DNA of 64,000 bases from a virus (Duplodnaviria; Caudoviricetes): IMG/VR virus record IMGVR_UViG_2593339203_000002, positions 1 to 64,000 of that record, one strand, 5' to 3'. The notes beneath the pieces are model-generated. The model saw nothing but the letters and a program-made list of their open reading frames with translations, made no database searches and was not told the origin of the DNA. Positions 19,156 through 28,503 of the stretch are shown piece by piece. The stretch's first letter is position 1. Each line of letters starts with the position of its first letter. The position numbers and the translations under genes are program-made.

Positions 19156-19671
19156 ATGACCACCAGCACCGCCGCCACCTACGCCACCGCGTACGCTGTC
19201 CTCACCGCCGCCCACGAGGCCGGGGACTACCTCGTCCAGCGCGACACCGACGCCCGCGACAAGGGCAAGCACGGCCACCTCGGCCGCGCCGCCTGCGCCC
19301 GGCACGTCGCCACCTACACCGCCACACAGGCCCTCACGCTCCTGGCCGCCGACCGCGGCCTCGACCTCCGCCTCAACTGGCGCCGCGCCGCCGCCGGCCT
19401 CGCCCTCTCCGCCGCAACCCACTACCTGGCCGACCGGTGCGCCACCCATTGGGCGGACGACACCCCCGCCGCCCCGCTCCTGGTCCGCGCCGCCCACGCC
19501 GCCGGAAAGGGGACCTGGCTCCAGCGCGACCCCGCCGCCGGCGCCCTCCTGGACCAGGCCTGGCACAAGACCTGCATCGCCCTGGCCGCCGCGGTGGCCG
19601 CCTCCGGACGACGCTCCCGAGGCGGCTTCCCTGCCACCACGACAAAAGCAGCGATTACGAGCACGCCGTGA
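19156..19671 (+). CDS. DUF3307-like membrane protein
   Basis: HEAGDYLVQ, HVATY, THYLADR, DQAWH motifs. Confidence 0.7.
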   Translation: MTTSTAATYATAYAVLTAAHEAGDYLVQRDTDARDKGKHGHLGRAACARHVATYTATQALTLLAADRGLDLRLNWRRAAAGLALSAATHYLADRCATHWADDTPAAPLLVRAAHAAGKGTWLQRDPAAGALLDQAWHKTCIALAAAVAASGRRSRGGFPATTTKAAITSTP

Positions 19672-19696
19672 CGCCCCAGTAACTAGCCTGCCCTAG

Positions 19697-19984
19697 ATGG
19701 GATACAGGTCTGATTGGCAGGACGGCCGCCGGGCATGGCAGCGGCTTAACGGCTGGCACAACAGGAACCCCACCCACCCCGTTCAGCGTCGCGACGACGG
19801 AGAGAGCGCCCTGGCCGCGCTCAAGGACATCCACCGAGTCCGCAGCCTCCTCGACCTGGCCGAGCAGAACGCGATCATCACCGCTCGCCGAGAGGGGATC
19901 TCCTGGGCGGAGATCTCAACAACCCTGCACATACCGCGTGCTGAACTCGAAGCACGGTGGGCCGACCTCGACACCGATCGGTGA
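19697..19984 (+). CDS. Small HTH protein
   Basis: ARREGISWAEISTTL; TAGCCT 7 nt before the ATG (leaderless-type). Confidence 0.6.
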   Translation: MGYRSDWQDGRRAWQRLNGWHNRNPTHPVQRRDDGESALAALKDIHRVRSLLDLAEQNAIITARREGISWAEISTTLHIPRAELEARWADLDTDR

Positions 19985-20063
19985 CCAGCGCGCCACCCGC
20001 ACGGCACGCGGCCCCCCTCACCCGACACCACGGGCGAGGGGGCCACACCCTCACCAGGACCAG

Positions 20064-20540
20064 CTACTCCACCGGCATCCGATCCACCGTCGACACCTTC
20101 ACGCTGCGGATGTCCCCGATCTTCCCGTTCGTGATCTCCGACTCCAACGGAGCCGTGTCCCCACGGTTAGTCTTCCCTGGTCCCACGTTGTCCGCGGTGA
20201 TCCCCGTCGTCCCCAGTACGTCACCGTCCTGGTCCAGGAAGCGCAGTTGAACGAAGTACGAGGCGTCATCCTTGCCGCCGTTCGTCACCTCGTACGCCAC
20301 CACGTACGCCTTCGGCCCCCACACGTCGTGGTCCTTGACGCCTGAACTCACGATCTTGACGTCCCGCTTCGCGATGTCCTCCCCGGCCGCCTTCGCCGAG
20401 TCCCCGGAGCCCGCCTCCTGGCCCGCCGTCGCCGCGGTGCTCTCCTTCCCCGCGTCGCCGGTGCCCCCGTCGCCGGAGCACCCGGCCACCAGACCCACGG
20501 CGGCCACGGCCGCACCCACGGACAACATGATCTTGCGCAT
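20064..20540 (-). CDS. Lipoprotein with Ig-like domain (possible superinfection-exclusion factor)
   Basis: Lipobox VAGC; YEVTN...YFVQLRFLDQDG. Confidence 0.75.
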   Translation of the reverse strand: MRKIMLSVGAAVAAVGLVAGCSGDGGTGDAGKESTAATAGQEAGSGDSAKAAGEDIAKRDVKIVSSGVKDHDVWGPKAYVVAYEVTNGGKDDASYFVQLRFLDQDGDVLGTTGITADNVGPGKTNRGDTAPLESEITNGKIGDIRSVKVSTVDRMPVE

Positions 20541-20773
20541 GGAACCCTTCCTCGCTGCTCACTCCACGAGCGGCAGACGGTAGCCGCGCGACGCCGCCCC
20601 GGAGGCCGACACAGGGGAGCACCGCCCACATGAGGCATACCTAGACCACATGACCGAGACACCCCACCCCCTCCACCTGATCAATCCAGGCCGCTAGTCT
20701 CGGCTCCGCTCATCGGGAGCGGCGCGTCACAGCGTTCCCGGCGCGACGGCCCGCTCCGGCCGGCGCTCCACAG

Positions 20774-20819
20774 CGAACGGCCCCTCACCGGACCTAGACA
20801 CCGGGTGGGGGGCCGTTCG
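20774..20819. terminator. Stem-loop, likely terminator
   Basis: CGAACGGCCCC...GGGGCCGTTCG inverted repeat. Confidence 0.55.
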
Positions 20820-20869
20820 TGGCTCCAGCTCGCGGCCCCTGGCCCGGAGGTCATCCGCCAGGGGCCGCG

Positions 20870-21223
20870 TCACTCGAAGAACCCGAGGGCCGTGTCCGGC
20901 CGACAGTGGATGCACGCCGGGACGCCCTGGCGCAGCGCATCGACCGCCGCCTCCCGCGGCACCGGCTGACACCGATCCGACTGCTCCGCCGCCCAGCAGT
21001 CACCGCAGTGGACCGCGTCCACGTTCCGCCGGTTCAACCCGTACTGGACCAGCCACTCCGGCGGCTCCGGCCGGTGCTCCTCCGCGTACCGCCGCTCCGC
21101 CTCCCGACGCTCCTCCTGAGCGATCCACCCGTCCAGCTGCCGGAGGCTCGCCTCCGCCTGCTGCACCACCACGCGACGCGCGAAGAGCAGCAGCTCCAGA
21201 CGACTCAGCTCACCATCGCTCAC
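20870..21223 (-). CDS. DUF6233-like zinc-binding protein
   Basis: VHCGDCW...ACIHCRPDTALG; TACATT 7 nt before the GTG. Confidence 0.7.
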   Translation of the reverse strand: MSDGELSRLELLLFARRVVVQQAEASLRQLDGWIAQEERREAERRYAEEHRPEPPEWLVQYGLNRRNVDAVHCGDCWAAEQSDRCQPVPREAAVDALRQGVPACIHCRPDTALGFFE

Positions 21224-21307
21224 GCGTTCGAATGTACCTCCGGTGTGTCCGCACAGCACACGGCCCCCGGCGCGGAGGTCATCCGCCGGGGCCCGGAGCG
21301 TGCGTGG

Positions 21308-21913
21308 CTACTCGGCCACGAAGTAGCGCGTCGCTGAGCCCGTCCCGCGTCGCTCAATCACGCCGTGCTGGACGAGTAGGACCAGGGTTCGCCGGATCGT
21401 TCCTACGGTGACGCCGAAGCGCTGTTCCAGGGCGCCGAGCGTGGGGAGCCTCTGGCCGGGGAGGAGGTGCCCCTCCTGGACGTCCTCCTGGAGAACGTCC
21501 GCGATGCACTCCGTCATGTGGCGCCCGCCACCGGACCACCGGCCGCCCACGGCTCGGTCAAAGTGCTCAAGGGTGCGCATCGGGCACAACCGCTCCCCGG
21601 CCGCGAGCTCCCGCCGTGGCGACGGTGCTCCTCCCACGTTGTAGAGCGGGCGCTGAGTGCGGATGATGCGGAGCTCAGTGTCGAGGGCGGCTTTGCGGCT
21701 GGCGAACCACTTAACGGTGACGTGCTGAGCGAGCGGCCACCAGGTGAGTGCGGCCCGTTCCTGGTGCTGCTTCCAGCGGCGCGGCGGGTTGTCCGTGACT
21801 CCCACGTACAGGGTCTCCCCGCCCGTGTTGAGGAACCGATACAGGGCGCTGAGGCCTGGACGTGGCTCCGGAGCCGTGAGGCTACGCCTTCCCCCCGCTT
21901 GGGCCTCCGTCAT
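21308..21913 (-). CDS. GIY-YIG nuclease-like domain fused to GntR-type winged HTH
   Basis: ALYRF...LYVGVT...RRW.QH...E...I....P.YN, then LLPGQRLPT...L...FGVTVGTIRRTL. Confidence 0.75.
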   Translation of the reverse strand: MTEAQAGGRRSLTAPEPRPGLSALYRFLNTGGETLYVGVTDNPPRRWKQHQERAALTWWPLAQHVTVKWFASRKAALDTELRIIRTQRPLYNVGGAPSPRRELAAGERLCPMRTLEHFDRAVGGRWSGGGRHMTECIADVLQEDVQEGHLLPGQRLPTLGALEQRFGVTVGTIRRTLVLLVQHGVIERRGTGSATRYFVAE

Positions 21914-22235
21914 CAGTTGTCCCACGCTGTTTCCCCTTCCCGATCGGCCCCCGGGTCCTCCCGGACCCGGAGTAGCCCAGTTCGATGTCCTGGACGGTGG
22001 AAGGGGAGACACCGATCTCCTCCGCGATCGTCTTCCGCGTGGCTTTCTCGGCGCGCCGTGCCAGGACGTAGTCCCGACGTAGGGCCTTCAACTCCTGGAG
22101 CTCCCCGGGCTGCTCCCGCAGGAACTCGCTGATCGCGTGCGCACGCGCCTGCGGGTCCTCCATCGCCTTCAAGGCTTTCAGGGCGTCGAACACGCGCTGG
22201 ACCTCCTCGCCACCGTCGTCCTCAAGATCGGCCAT
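21882..22235 (-). CDS. HTH repressor (Kor-like position, divergent from the spd-like operon)
   Basis: TRKTIAEEIGVSPSTVQDIE. Confidence 0.7.
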   Translation of the reverse strand: MADLEDDGGEEVQRVFDALKALKAMEDPQARAHAISEFLREQPGELQELKALRRDYVLARRAEKATRKTIAEEIGVSPSTVQDIELGYSGSGRTRGPIGKGKQRGTTDDGGPSGGKA

Positions 22236-22255
22236 TTGGGCCCCAATCTGCCATG

Positions 22256-22300
22256 GCCGGTTGCCCAAATTACGGGAGTCCCGTAATTTGGGCAACCGGC
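22256..22300. promoter_or_regulatory. Perfect 45-bp palindrome forming identical overlapping divergent promoters
   Basis: 22-bp arms with 1-nt spacer; TTGCCC-N17-TAATTT on both strands. Confidence 0.75.
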
Positions 22301-22393
22301 GCCACTCCGCGCCTACAAGTCGGCCCCGGTCGGTGTCTTCCACAACAGCCGACCGGGGCCCGCCAGACACCTGCACACACAGGAGCTGACGCA

Positions 22394-22828
22394 GTGAGTA
22401 ACTGTACTGATCAGATCAGGATCGGTGGCCCGAGTGGCACCGTTTCCGTCGACCGCGCGGCGGTCGGTGAGGTCCTGGCCCTCATGGCCGGCCACTTCAC
22501 CAGGGTCCGCCCCGGTGGTTACCTCACGCCCGTGGCGCTCGGCGCCGCGGTGGCCGGTGAGGTCTACAACGCCGGTGGCCGTACCTCCCGCGCGAACGGG
22601 GCGGCCGTTTCGACGGCCGTCACGGCCGCGCTCCCCGCCGCCGACTTCACCAGCACCCGCGGCCAGTACGCCGTCCTCCTCCGCGAGGCGGCCACCGCGC
22701 ACGGCTGGAGCGACGACGACAACGAGCGTGCCATCCCGACCGTGCCCGGCCCCCGCCCGGCGCCCGCGCCGAGCCCGCGCCCCGGTGTCCCCGGCCCGCG
22801 CCCGACCACGGGGGAGGTCGACCGATGA
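22394..22828 (+). CDS. Hypothetical protein, first gene of the spd-like operon
   Basis: AGGAG RBS. Confidence 0.6.
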   Translation: MSNCTDQIRIGGPSGTVSVDRAAVGEVLALMAGHFTRVRPGGYLTPVALGAAVAGEVYNAGGRTSRANGAAVSTAVTAALPAADFTSTRGQYAVLLREAATAHGWSDDDNERAIPTVPGPRPAPAPSPRPGVPGPRPTTGEVDR

Positions 22829-22968
22829 GCGCGGAGACGGAGCAGCAGCGGGCCGCCCGGGCCTACGCGGCCGGTCGGAGGCAGCGCGAGGACGCACAGA
22901 GGGTCGCCGACAACGTACGGAGCGGCGGGGCGAACAGCGCTGGCGCGCAGACCGGGGGTGCCCGGTGA
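22825..22968 (+). CDS. Small hypothetical protein (not in ORF track)
   Basis: GGAGG RBS; ATGA and GTGA coupling on both sides. Confidence 0.4.
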   Translation: MSAETEQQRAARAYAAGRRQREDAQRVADNVRSGGANSAGAQTGGAR

Positions 22969-23084
22969 CGTGCTGCGGACGGCCCATGAAGGACGAGGGC
23001 GGAAAGAAGGTGTGCGGGTCGTGCGGCGCCTGGTTCCAGGGCGTGGCCCCGGCCCCGGCCGCGGTGACGGGGGGTGGCCGGTGA
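22965..23084 (+). CDS. Small zinc-ribbon peptide
   Basis: TCCGRPM...VCGSCG; coupled start. Confidence 0.4.
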   Translation: MTCCGRPMKDEGGKKVCGSCGAWFQGVAPAPAAVTGGGR

Positions 23085-23284
23085 TGGGTCTGCGTGACTT
23101 CGCCCGGTCCCTCGTACCGGGCAATGACGGCGCCCTGGCCGTGGAGCTCCAGCACCGCGCGGAGGAGAAGGAGCGGGCGCGGAAGGCCAAGCAGGAGAGG
23201 GAGCGGGAGGCGGAGCGGGCGCGGCGCGCCCGGGCCTCCAAGCAGCGGCTTGCCCGGAAGGGCAGCGGAGCCCGCCTCTTCTGA
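23084..23284 (+). CDS. Small basic coiled-coil protein
   Basis: TGATG coupling. Confidence 0.5.
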   Translation: MGLRDFARSLVPGNDGALAVELQHRAEEKERARKAKQEREREAERARRARASKQRLARKGSGARLF

Positions 23285-23370
23285 CCCACCAGAACGCCAG
23301 GAGCCGGACCCGTACCCGCGGGTCCGGCCCTGCTGTGGAGCACAGAGCGAGAGACGAAAGGGCTACGGCC

Positions 23371-24558
23371 ATGAGCAGGAAGAGGAAGACCCCGGAGGCC
23401 CCCCGGCCGCCGAAGGTCCCCGGCGTCCGTCACGTGAAGACGACGGTGTACGACGTCGAGGCCCGGACGTTCGAGGGGGAGACCTCCTACCGGCAGGTTC
23501 CGCGGACGGTGTGGGTGCCCGCGCCGCCGCGTGACTGGGACGCCGTGGTGGCCCGCGCGCTGGTGTGCGCCGCCATCCTGGGGACGGTCCTCTCCCTTGG
23601 CTGGTCCACGGACTCCATCGGCCACCTCCTGGACCGCACCGGATCCGACGTGACGGCGTACGCCGTGGCGGTCGTCTTTGACGTCGTCTGGCTCGCGTGC
23701 CAGGCCCGGGAGTGGCTGGAGCGGGAGTACCCGGAGCGGGCCGCGGGCGCGAAGGTCGGCGGTTACGTGTGCCTGGCGCTCGCCATGGCGGCGATCTTCG
23801 CCAACGGCTACGAGGCCGGGGAGACCGTCGCCGGAGCGGGCGGCGCGGCCGTCTCCGCCCTGGCCAAATTCCTGTGGGTCCTGGCCCTCGGCTACTACGC
23901 CGTGGAGCTGGACGAGGGCGCCGCGTACGACCTCCACACCCGCCGTCAGAGCATCGCCGTGCGCCTGGCCCTCCGGGCGAGCCGCCGCCGCCTGGACGCT
24001 GCGGAGGCGTACGAGCGGCACGTGTACGGCGACCAGGGCGGCGTGGACGTCCAGGTGACCCGGTACGAGGCGCCGGAGACCGCGCCGGCGGCCGTCCCCG
24101 CCCCGGTGTCCCCGCCCGTCCCCGCCGTGTCCCCGGCTCCCGCTCCGGCGTCCCTCTCGACTCCTCCGCCCGCCCCGCCGGCCCCGGCCCCGGCGGCCAC
24201 CGTCCCCCCGGTGTCCCCGCAGGCCCCGGCCGCCTCCACGGTTCCTGTCCCCCCGGCCCCGGCGGACGCCCGTGAGCGTGTCCTCACCTCCCTCGGGCTC
24301 CCCCTGGACCACCCGGGCGGCGTCCCCGCCCCGGACCAGGCTCCGGCCGAGCCCGTGAAGGAGCCCGAGCCGGCGCCCCGCCCCGTCCTCAAGGTCGTGG
24401 GCGGCAAAACCGACTTCATCCGCGCCGCCATCGCCGCGGACCCCCGCATCACGTTGGACGACCTCACGGACCAGGTCCGGGCCGCGTTCGGCGACAAGCC
24501 GAACCTGCGGAAGGACGTGAGGCGCCTGCGTGCCCGTATCGAAGGGAAGGCCTCATGA
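23371..24558 (+). CDS. SpdB-like plasmid spread/transfer membrane protein
   Basis: About four TM helices, Pro/Ala linker, C-terminal HTH-like domain; architecture of Streptomyces Spd proteins. Confidence 0.65.
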   Translation: MSRKRKTPEAPRPPKVPGVRHVKTTVYDVEARTFEGETSYRQVPRTVWVPAPPRDWDAVVARALVCAAILGTVLSLGWSTDSIGHLLDRTGSDVTAYAVAVVFDVVWLACQAREWLEREYPERAAGAKVGGYVCLALAMAAIFANGYEAGETVAGAGGAAVSALAKFLWVLALGYYAVELDEGAAYDLHTRRQSIAVRLALRASRRRLDAAEAYERHVYGDQGGVDVQVTRYEAPETAPAAVPAPVSPPVPAVSPAPAPASLSTPPPAPPAPAPAATVPPVSPQAPAASTVPVPPAPADARERVLTSLGLPLDHPGGVPAPDQAPAEPVKEPEPAPRPVLKVVGGKTDFIRAAIAADPRITLDDLTDQVRAAFGDKPNLRKDVRRLRARIEGKAS

Positions 24559-24695
24559 TCTACGTCATTGGGCTGTGGTTCCTCGGGGGCGTCGCCGTGG
24601 CGCTCTACGGGACCCGGCCAGGAAGCCAGGAACGCGGGCAAGCCGTCGCCCTCGTGGCGGCCGTCCTCCTGATCCTCCTGTGGGAGCAGTGGTGA
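24555..24695 (+). CDS. Small two-TM peptide (not in ORF track)
   Basis: ATGA and GTGA coupling; hydrophobic. Confidence 0.5.
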   Translation: MIYVIGLWFLGGVAVALYGTRPGSQERGQAVALVAAVLLILLWEQW

Positions 24696-25615
24696 GCGGC
24701 CAGCCCGACGAGGACGAGCTCCAGCTCCGTGACCGCCTCCGGGACCTCGGCGTCTCCTACGCCCCCGCCCCGGCCGGCGCAGCGCTCCGGGAGCCGGGGG
24801 AGGGCCACCTCGAGCAGGCCGCCCCCGCGGCGGAGGAGGCCTCCGTCCCGGCTCCCCGTCGGACCGCTCCGCGCCTGCCGGACTGGTGGGCACCAGAGCG
24901 CCCGGACGTCACCGCCGAGGACAAGCCGGCGGAACCGGCGCCCGCCCCCAGCGATGAGGACGCGGAGGACCAGGAGGAGCCCGCGCTACCGCAGACGCCG
25001 GCCACGCCGTCCTCCAGCCCCGACCGCGCCGACTTCCAGACCCGCATGCGGGAGTGGCTGGAGTCCAAGAGGGAGCCCGCCAGGCCGGGGGACACCGGCC
25101 CGGACGACGACCATGCACCGGACGATGACGAGGACACGGGGGAGGACGACGGGGACACCGCAGGGGACGGCCCGGAGCCTGGCGGACCCGTCCGCAAGAT
25201 GGCAACCGGCCTCAAGCGCCGGGCCCGCCGTCCCGGCCGGCGTCCCCGGTTCGCCGCCGCTGGCGTTCCGCACACCATGAAGCCGGAGCGCCGCTCCCTC
25301 GTGGAGATCATCCGCTCCACCCCGGACCAAGTCTGGTGGATGGCCTACAACGGCAGCGCCCTGGCCGCCGGGTTCTGGCTCGGCTGGCCGCAGTGGGTCA
25401 AGGACGGCACGGCCTTCCTGGCGGCGGAACACCCCACCCTCACGGACACCTACTCCCTGACCTGCTACGCCCTGGCGGCCGGCGTGCTCGTCCTGGACTA
25501 CCGGGCCCGCGGCTGGCTCTTCCCCGTCTCATGGCTGGCCCGCATCCCCACCGCGTCCCTCGTGGTCGGCGTACCGCTGTACGGCGTCGACACCCCGATC
25601 TCACAGCTGTACTGA
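24692..25615 (+). CDS. Membrane protein with acidic disordered N-terminus
   Basis: C-terminal TM segments; coupled start. Confidence 0.6.
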   Translation: MSGQPDEDELQLRDRLRDLGVSYAPAPAGAALREPGEGHLEQAAPAAEEASVPAPRRTAPRLPDWWAPERPDVTAEDKPAEPAPAPSDEDAEDQEEPALPQTPATPSSSPDRADFQTRMREWLESKREPARPGDTGPDDDHAPDDDEDTGEDDGDTAGDGPEPGGPVRKMATGLKRRARRPGRRPRFAAAGVPHTMKPERRSLVEIIRSTPDQVWWMAYNGSALAAGFWLGWPQWVKDGTAFLAAEHPTLTDTYSLTCYALAAGVLVLDYRARGWLFPVSWLARIPTASLVVGVPLYGVDTPISQLY

Positions 25616-25631
25616 CACCCCGGAAGGGATC

Positions 25632-26045
25632 ATGAGTTTCCTCGCAGGCGTCGGCGTCTTCAGCTTCGCCGCCATCCTGACCGTCATCCTGTGGTACGGC
25701 ACGAAGGACAATGAGGGCGGCCAGCTCGGCCCCCTCAAGTGGGGATGGATCGTCGTCCTCGGGCTCCTGGCCGGCGCCGCCTACCGGGTCGTGGACGGGT
25801 TCCCGTTCAACATCATCACGTCTCTGCTCAACGATGTGCTCGGGATCATCGGCGTGGCTCTCCCGGAGCTCACCCTCCCCGGCCTCGGCCTCCTCCTCGT
25901 CGCACTGCTCGCGTTCAAAAAGAGCAGCCGGCGCGGCATCGCCATGCTGTGCATCTTCCTGGTGTTCGTGAGCTCGGACGCCAGCGGCCCGTTGGAGGAG
26001 GTCGCGACCCGCATCGAGACCATCGCCACGGAGCTCCCGAAGTGA
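25632..26045 (+). CDS. Multi-TM membrane protein
   Basis: GGAAGGGA RBS; four hydrophobic segments. Confidence 0.7.
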   Translation: MSFLAGVGVFSFAAILTVILWYGTKDNEGGQLGPLKWGWIVVLGLLAGAAYRVVDGFPFNIITSLLNDVLGIIGVALPELTLPGLGLLLVALLAFKKSSRRGIAMLCIFLVFVSSDASGPLEEVATRIETIATELPK

Positions 26046-27340
26046 GCGCGGCCCACCTGCACCCGGTCCCCGACCCTGACGACGCCCCGGCCACCGAGGC
26101 CGGGACCGTGCCGGGGGAGGAGGCCGTGGTCATGGAGCTCCCCGCCCCCGAGGTCCGGGAAGACACGGCGCCGGGGGAGCCGGCCGAGGACGACGACCAG
26201 GAGCCGGGGGAGGAGGACGGCCCCCGGCATGCCCTGGCCGTCCCCGACCTCCGCCCGTACGTGAAGGTGGACCGCCAGGCCGTGGGGGAGCTCGGCGCCC
26301 TGGCCGCCGACGTCACCCGGTCCACCGGGCCGCGGCTGGGCTCCGCCCTCCGCCCTGTCTGGCAGCTCCTCCGCGTCGGCGTCCGCGTCCTGGGCCTGGT
26401 CCTCCACGGCTGGTTTACCGGGCAGCTCTGCCCGAAGGTTCCGCCGTTCTGGCGGCTCCTGGCCGCGCCCGTCTTCGTCCTCTACTCCATCGGCTTCGCC
26501 GTGGCCGCCGATCCCGCCGCCTCCCTCCTCCTCATCCCCGGGTGGCTCCTGGTGGCCGTGGCGGTGGAGCGGTGGGCCGTCGTCAAGGCCTCCCGGGACG
26601 CGAAGGCGAAGGCCTCCGCGAAGGCCGGGAAGGGGGCGGCGAAGGAGGGCCGGAAGGCCTCCGGGAAGACGTCCCCGCCGTCCTTCGCGGCACGACTCGT
26701 CAAGGCCCGGGAGCGGACCTCCGCGGAGGCGCCGGCGGAGGCCTCCCCCGAGCCCGCCGCCGAGGCCGGGAAGGGCCCGGCGGAAGAGGCCCCGGAGGAC
26801 CAGGAGGAGCCCCCCGTCCAGGAGGACCCGCCGGCCCCCTCCCGGGACCAGATCGTGAGGGCCCTACACGCCCTCGTCGGGGGGTCCTCCGGGGTGCTGG
26901 ACACGGCCCTCCGCGACCGCCTCCGCTACCCCTCCACCCGGGCCGTCCGGGAGGCCCTGGACGCGGCCGGAATCCCCCACCGCGAAGGGGTGCGCGCGGT
27001 GGGCGGGAACGGGCCCGGCGTCCACCGCCTCGACTTCCCGCCCCTTCCCCCCTCTCAAGAGGGGCCCCCTGGAGACGGCGTTGTCGCAGGTCACGACGCC
27101 AACAACAACGCCAACAACACCGGAGAGGGGTCCGGGAAGGGGTCGGCTGTAGAGGGCAACGAGTATCCGTTCGACGTCGTCCCGGACCCCGAGCGTGGCC
27201 CTACCTTCTGGAGAGTCGTTCCCCATGACCAGCACCAGACCGCCGCGCGGCCCGGGCCGCAGGGCCCCGCCCGGGCACCAGGACGCCCGCCACGAGCGGG
27301 CAGGAAACGAACCGGCCGGGCCGACCACCCGGACCACTGA
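26042..27340 (+). CDS. Membrane protein with C-terminal HTH-like domain (Spd/Tra-associated)
   Basis: GTGA coupling; central TM segments. Confidence 0.6.
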   Translation: MSAAHLHPVPDPDDAPATEAGTVPGEEAVVMELPAPEVREDTAPGEPAEDDDQEPGEEDGPRHALAVPDLRPYVKVDRQAVGELGALAADVTRSTGPRLGSALRPVWQLLRVGVRVLGLVLHGWFTGQLCPKVPPFWRLLAAPVFVLYSIGFAVAADPAASLLLIPGWLLVAVAVERWAVVKASRDAKAKASAKAGKGAAKEGRKASGKTSPPSFAARLVKARERTSAEAPAEASPEPAAEAGKGPAEEAPEDQEEPPVQEDPPAPSRDQIVRALHALVGGSSGVLDTALRDRLRYPSTRAVREALDAAGIPHREGVRAVGGNGPGVHRLDFPPLPPSQEGPPGDGVVAGHDANNNANNTGEGSGKGSAVEGNEYPFDVVPDPERGPTFWRVVPHDQHQTAARPGPQGPARAPGRPPRAGRKRTGRADHPDH

Positions 27341-27358
27341 CAACGGAGAGGAACGACC

Positions 27359-28051
27359 GTGCAGCAGGACCACCAGGAGACCCCGGCCGAGACCGACACG
27401 GCGCAGCTGCGCGCCGGAGACCGCATCACGCTGGACGAGCTCGCCGTCCACCTCTCGGCGGTGGACGTGCGCCTCCGGCAGCTCGCCCGCGCCGCCGAGG
27501 ACCCGGACACGCCCGTGGAGCTGGAGCCCACCATCGACTCCCTCCGCCAACTCGCCGGCCAGGTCCAGGAGCTCGGCGACCGCATGGGCCACCTGGCCCG
27601 GATCGTGGAGGGGGACGTCCCCCTCGCCCCGCAGCTCGGCGTGCAGCGTGACCCGTGGGGCGCCGCCGCCCTGGACACCGACCGGGAGGACTTCGGCGGC
27701 CCGGCCGTCATCCCCACTCAGTGGCAGCTCATCCGCCTCGCGCAGGACGCCGGCGACGACGCCACCACGTACCCGGCCGCCATGGCCGACGTCCCCCGCT
27801 CCGTCCTCCTCAGCTGGGAGTCGAAGGCCGCGGGCGCCCGGCGCCGCCGGGAACGGGACGCGGAGGTGAGGGCCGAGACGCTTCGGATCCCGTGCGAGCG
27901 GTGCCAGGCGGCCTCCGGTGAGCAGTGCCGCACGTCCAGCGGGTGGACCGCGGAGCAGGCGCACACCGGCCGCCGGAGGGAGGCGGAGGCCCGGGTGGAC
28001 GCGCGGCTCGGCTACGTCGGGGACAACCCCGTGGCCGTCGCCGAGGCCTGA
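27359..28051 (+). CDS. Protein with C-terminal CxxC...C...H zinc finger
   Basis: CERCQA..GEQC...AH..R. Confidence 0.6.
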   Translation: MQQDHQETPAETDTAQLRAGDRITLDELAVHLSAVDVRLRQLARAAEDPDTPVELEPTIDSLRQLAGQVQELGDRMGHLARIVEGDVPLAPQLGVQRDPWGAAALDTDREDFGGPAVIPTQWQLIRLAQDAGDDATTYPAAMADVPRSVLLSWESKAAGARRRRERDAEVRAETLRIPCERCQAASGEQCRTSSGWTAEQAHTGRRREAEARVDARLGYVGDNPVAVAEA

Positions 28052-28160
28052 CCCTGACTCATTCGAACGCAATGACCGGTTTGTGATGTTGCCCGGAACG
28101 GTGACCTCCGGCCCGGGGAGAGGGCAAGCTAGGAGGTGAACGGATTGTGAGGAGGAGGGC

Positions 28161-28406
28161 ATGGTGGGCACGTACGTCTACCGGTGCGACAACTGCCGGG
28201 AAGAGTCCGACCCGCTGACCCGCCGTGAGCTGGACGTCGTCCGGTACGACCACCGCCACCAGTTCCACGGCGGCCTCAAGCCGGACGGGGAGCTGGTCCT
28301 CCAGCCGGAGCGCATGCGCCTGGCGGACCTCCCCCGGGAGCAGCGCATCGTCGGGGGAATCCTCCTGGCCGTCATCCTCCTGTCCTTCCTCGCGAAGATC
28401 GCCTAG
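28161..28406 (+). CDS. Small zinc-binding membrane-anchored protein
   Basis: GAGGAGG RBS; CDNC...H...H; C-terminal TM. Confidence 0.6.
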   Translation: MVGTYVYRCDNCREESDPLTRRELDVVRYDHRHQFHGGLKPDGELVLQPERMRLADLPREQRIVGGILLAVILLSFLAKIA

Positions 28407-28422
28407 CGCCGGGCACGACAAT

Positions 28423-28455
28423 GGGCCGCACCTTCCCGTGAGGGTGCGGCCCTTT
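28423..28455. terminator. Terminator between convergent genes
   Basis: GGGCCGCACC/GGTGCGGCCC stem followed by TTT. Confidence 0.65.
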
Positions 28456-28503
28456 GCGCGTTGGGGCCCCGCGACCTCGAGGCGGCCCGCCGGCCGCGTC
28501 CGT

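Noticed and set aside
21224-21240. LexA/SOS box upstream of the DUF6233-like gene
   Set aside because: Only one TCGAAC half-site is present
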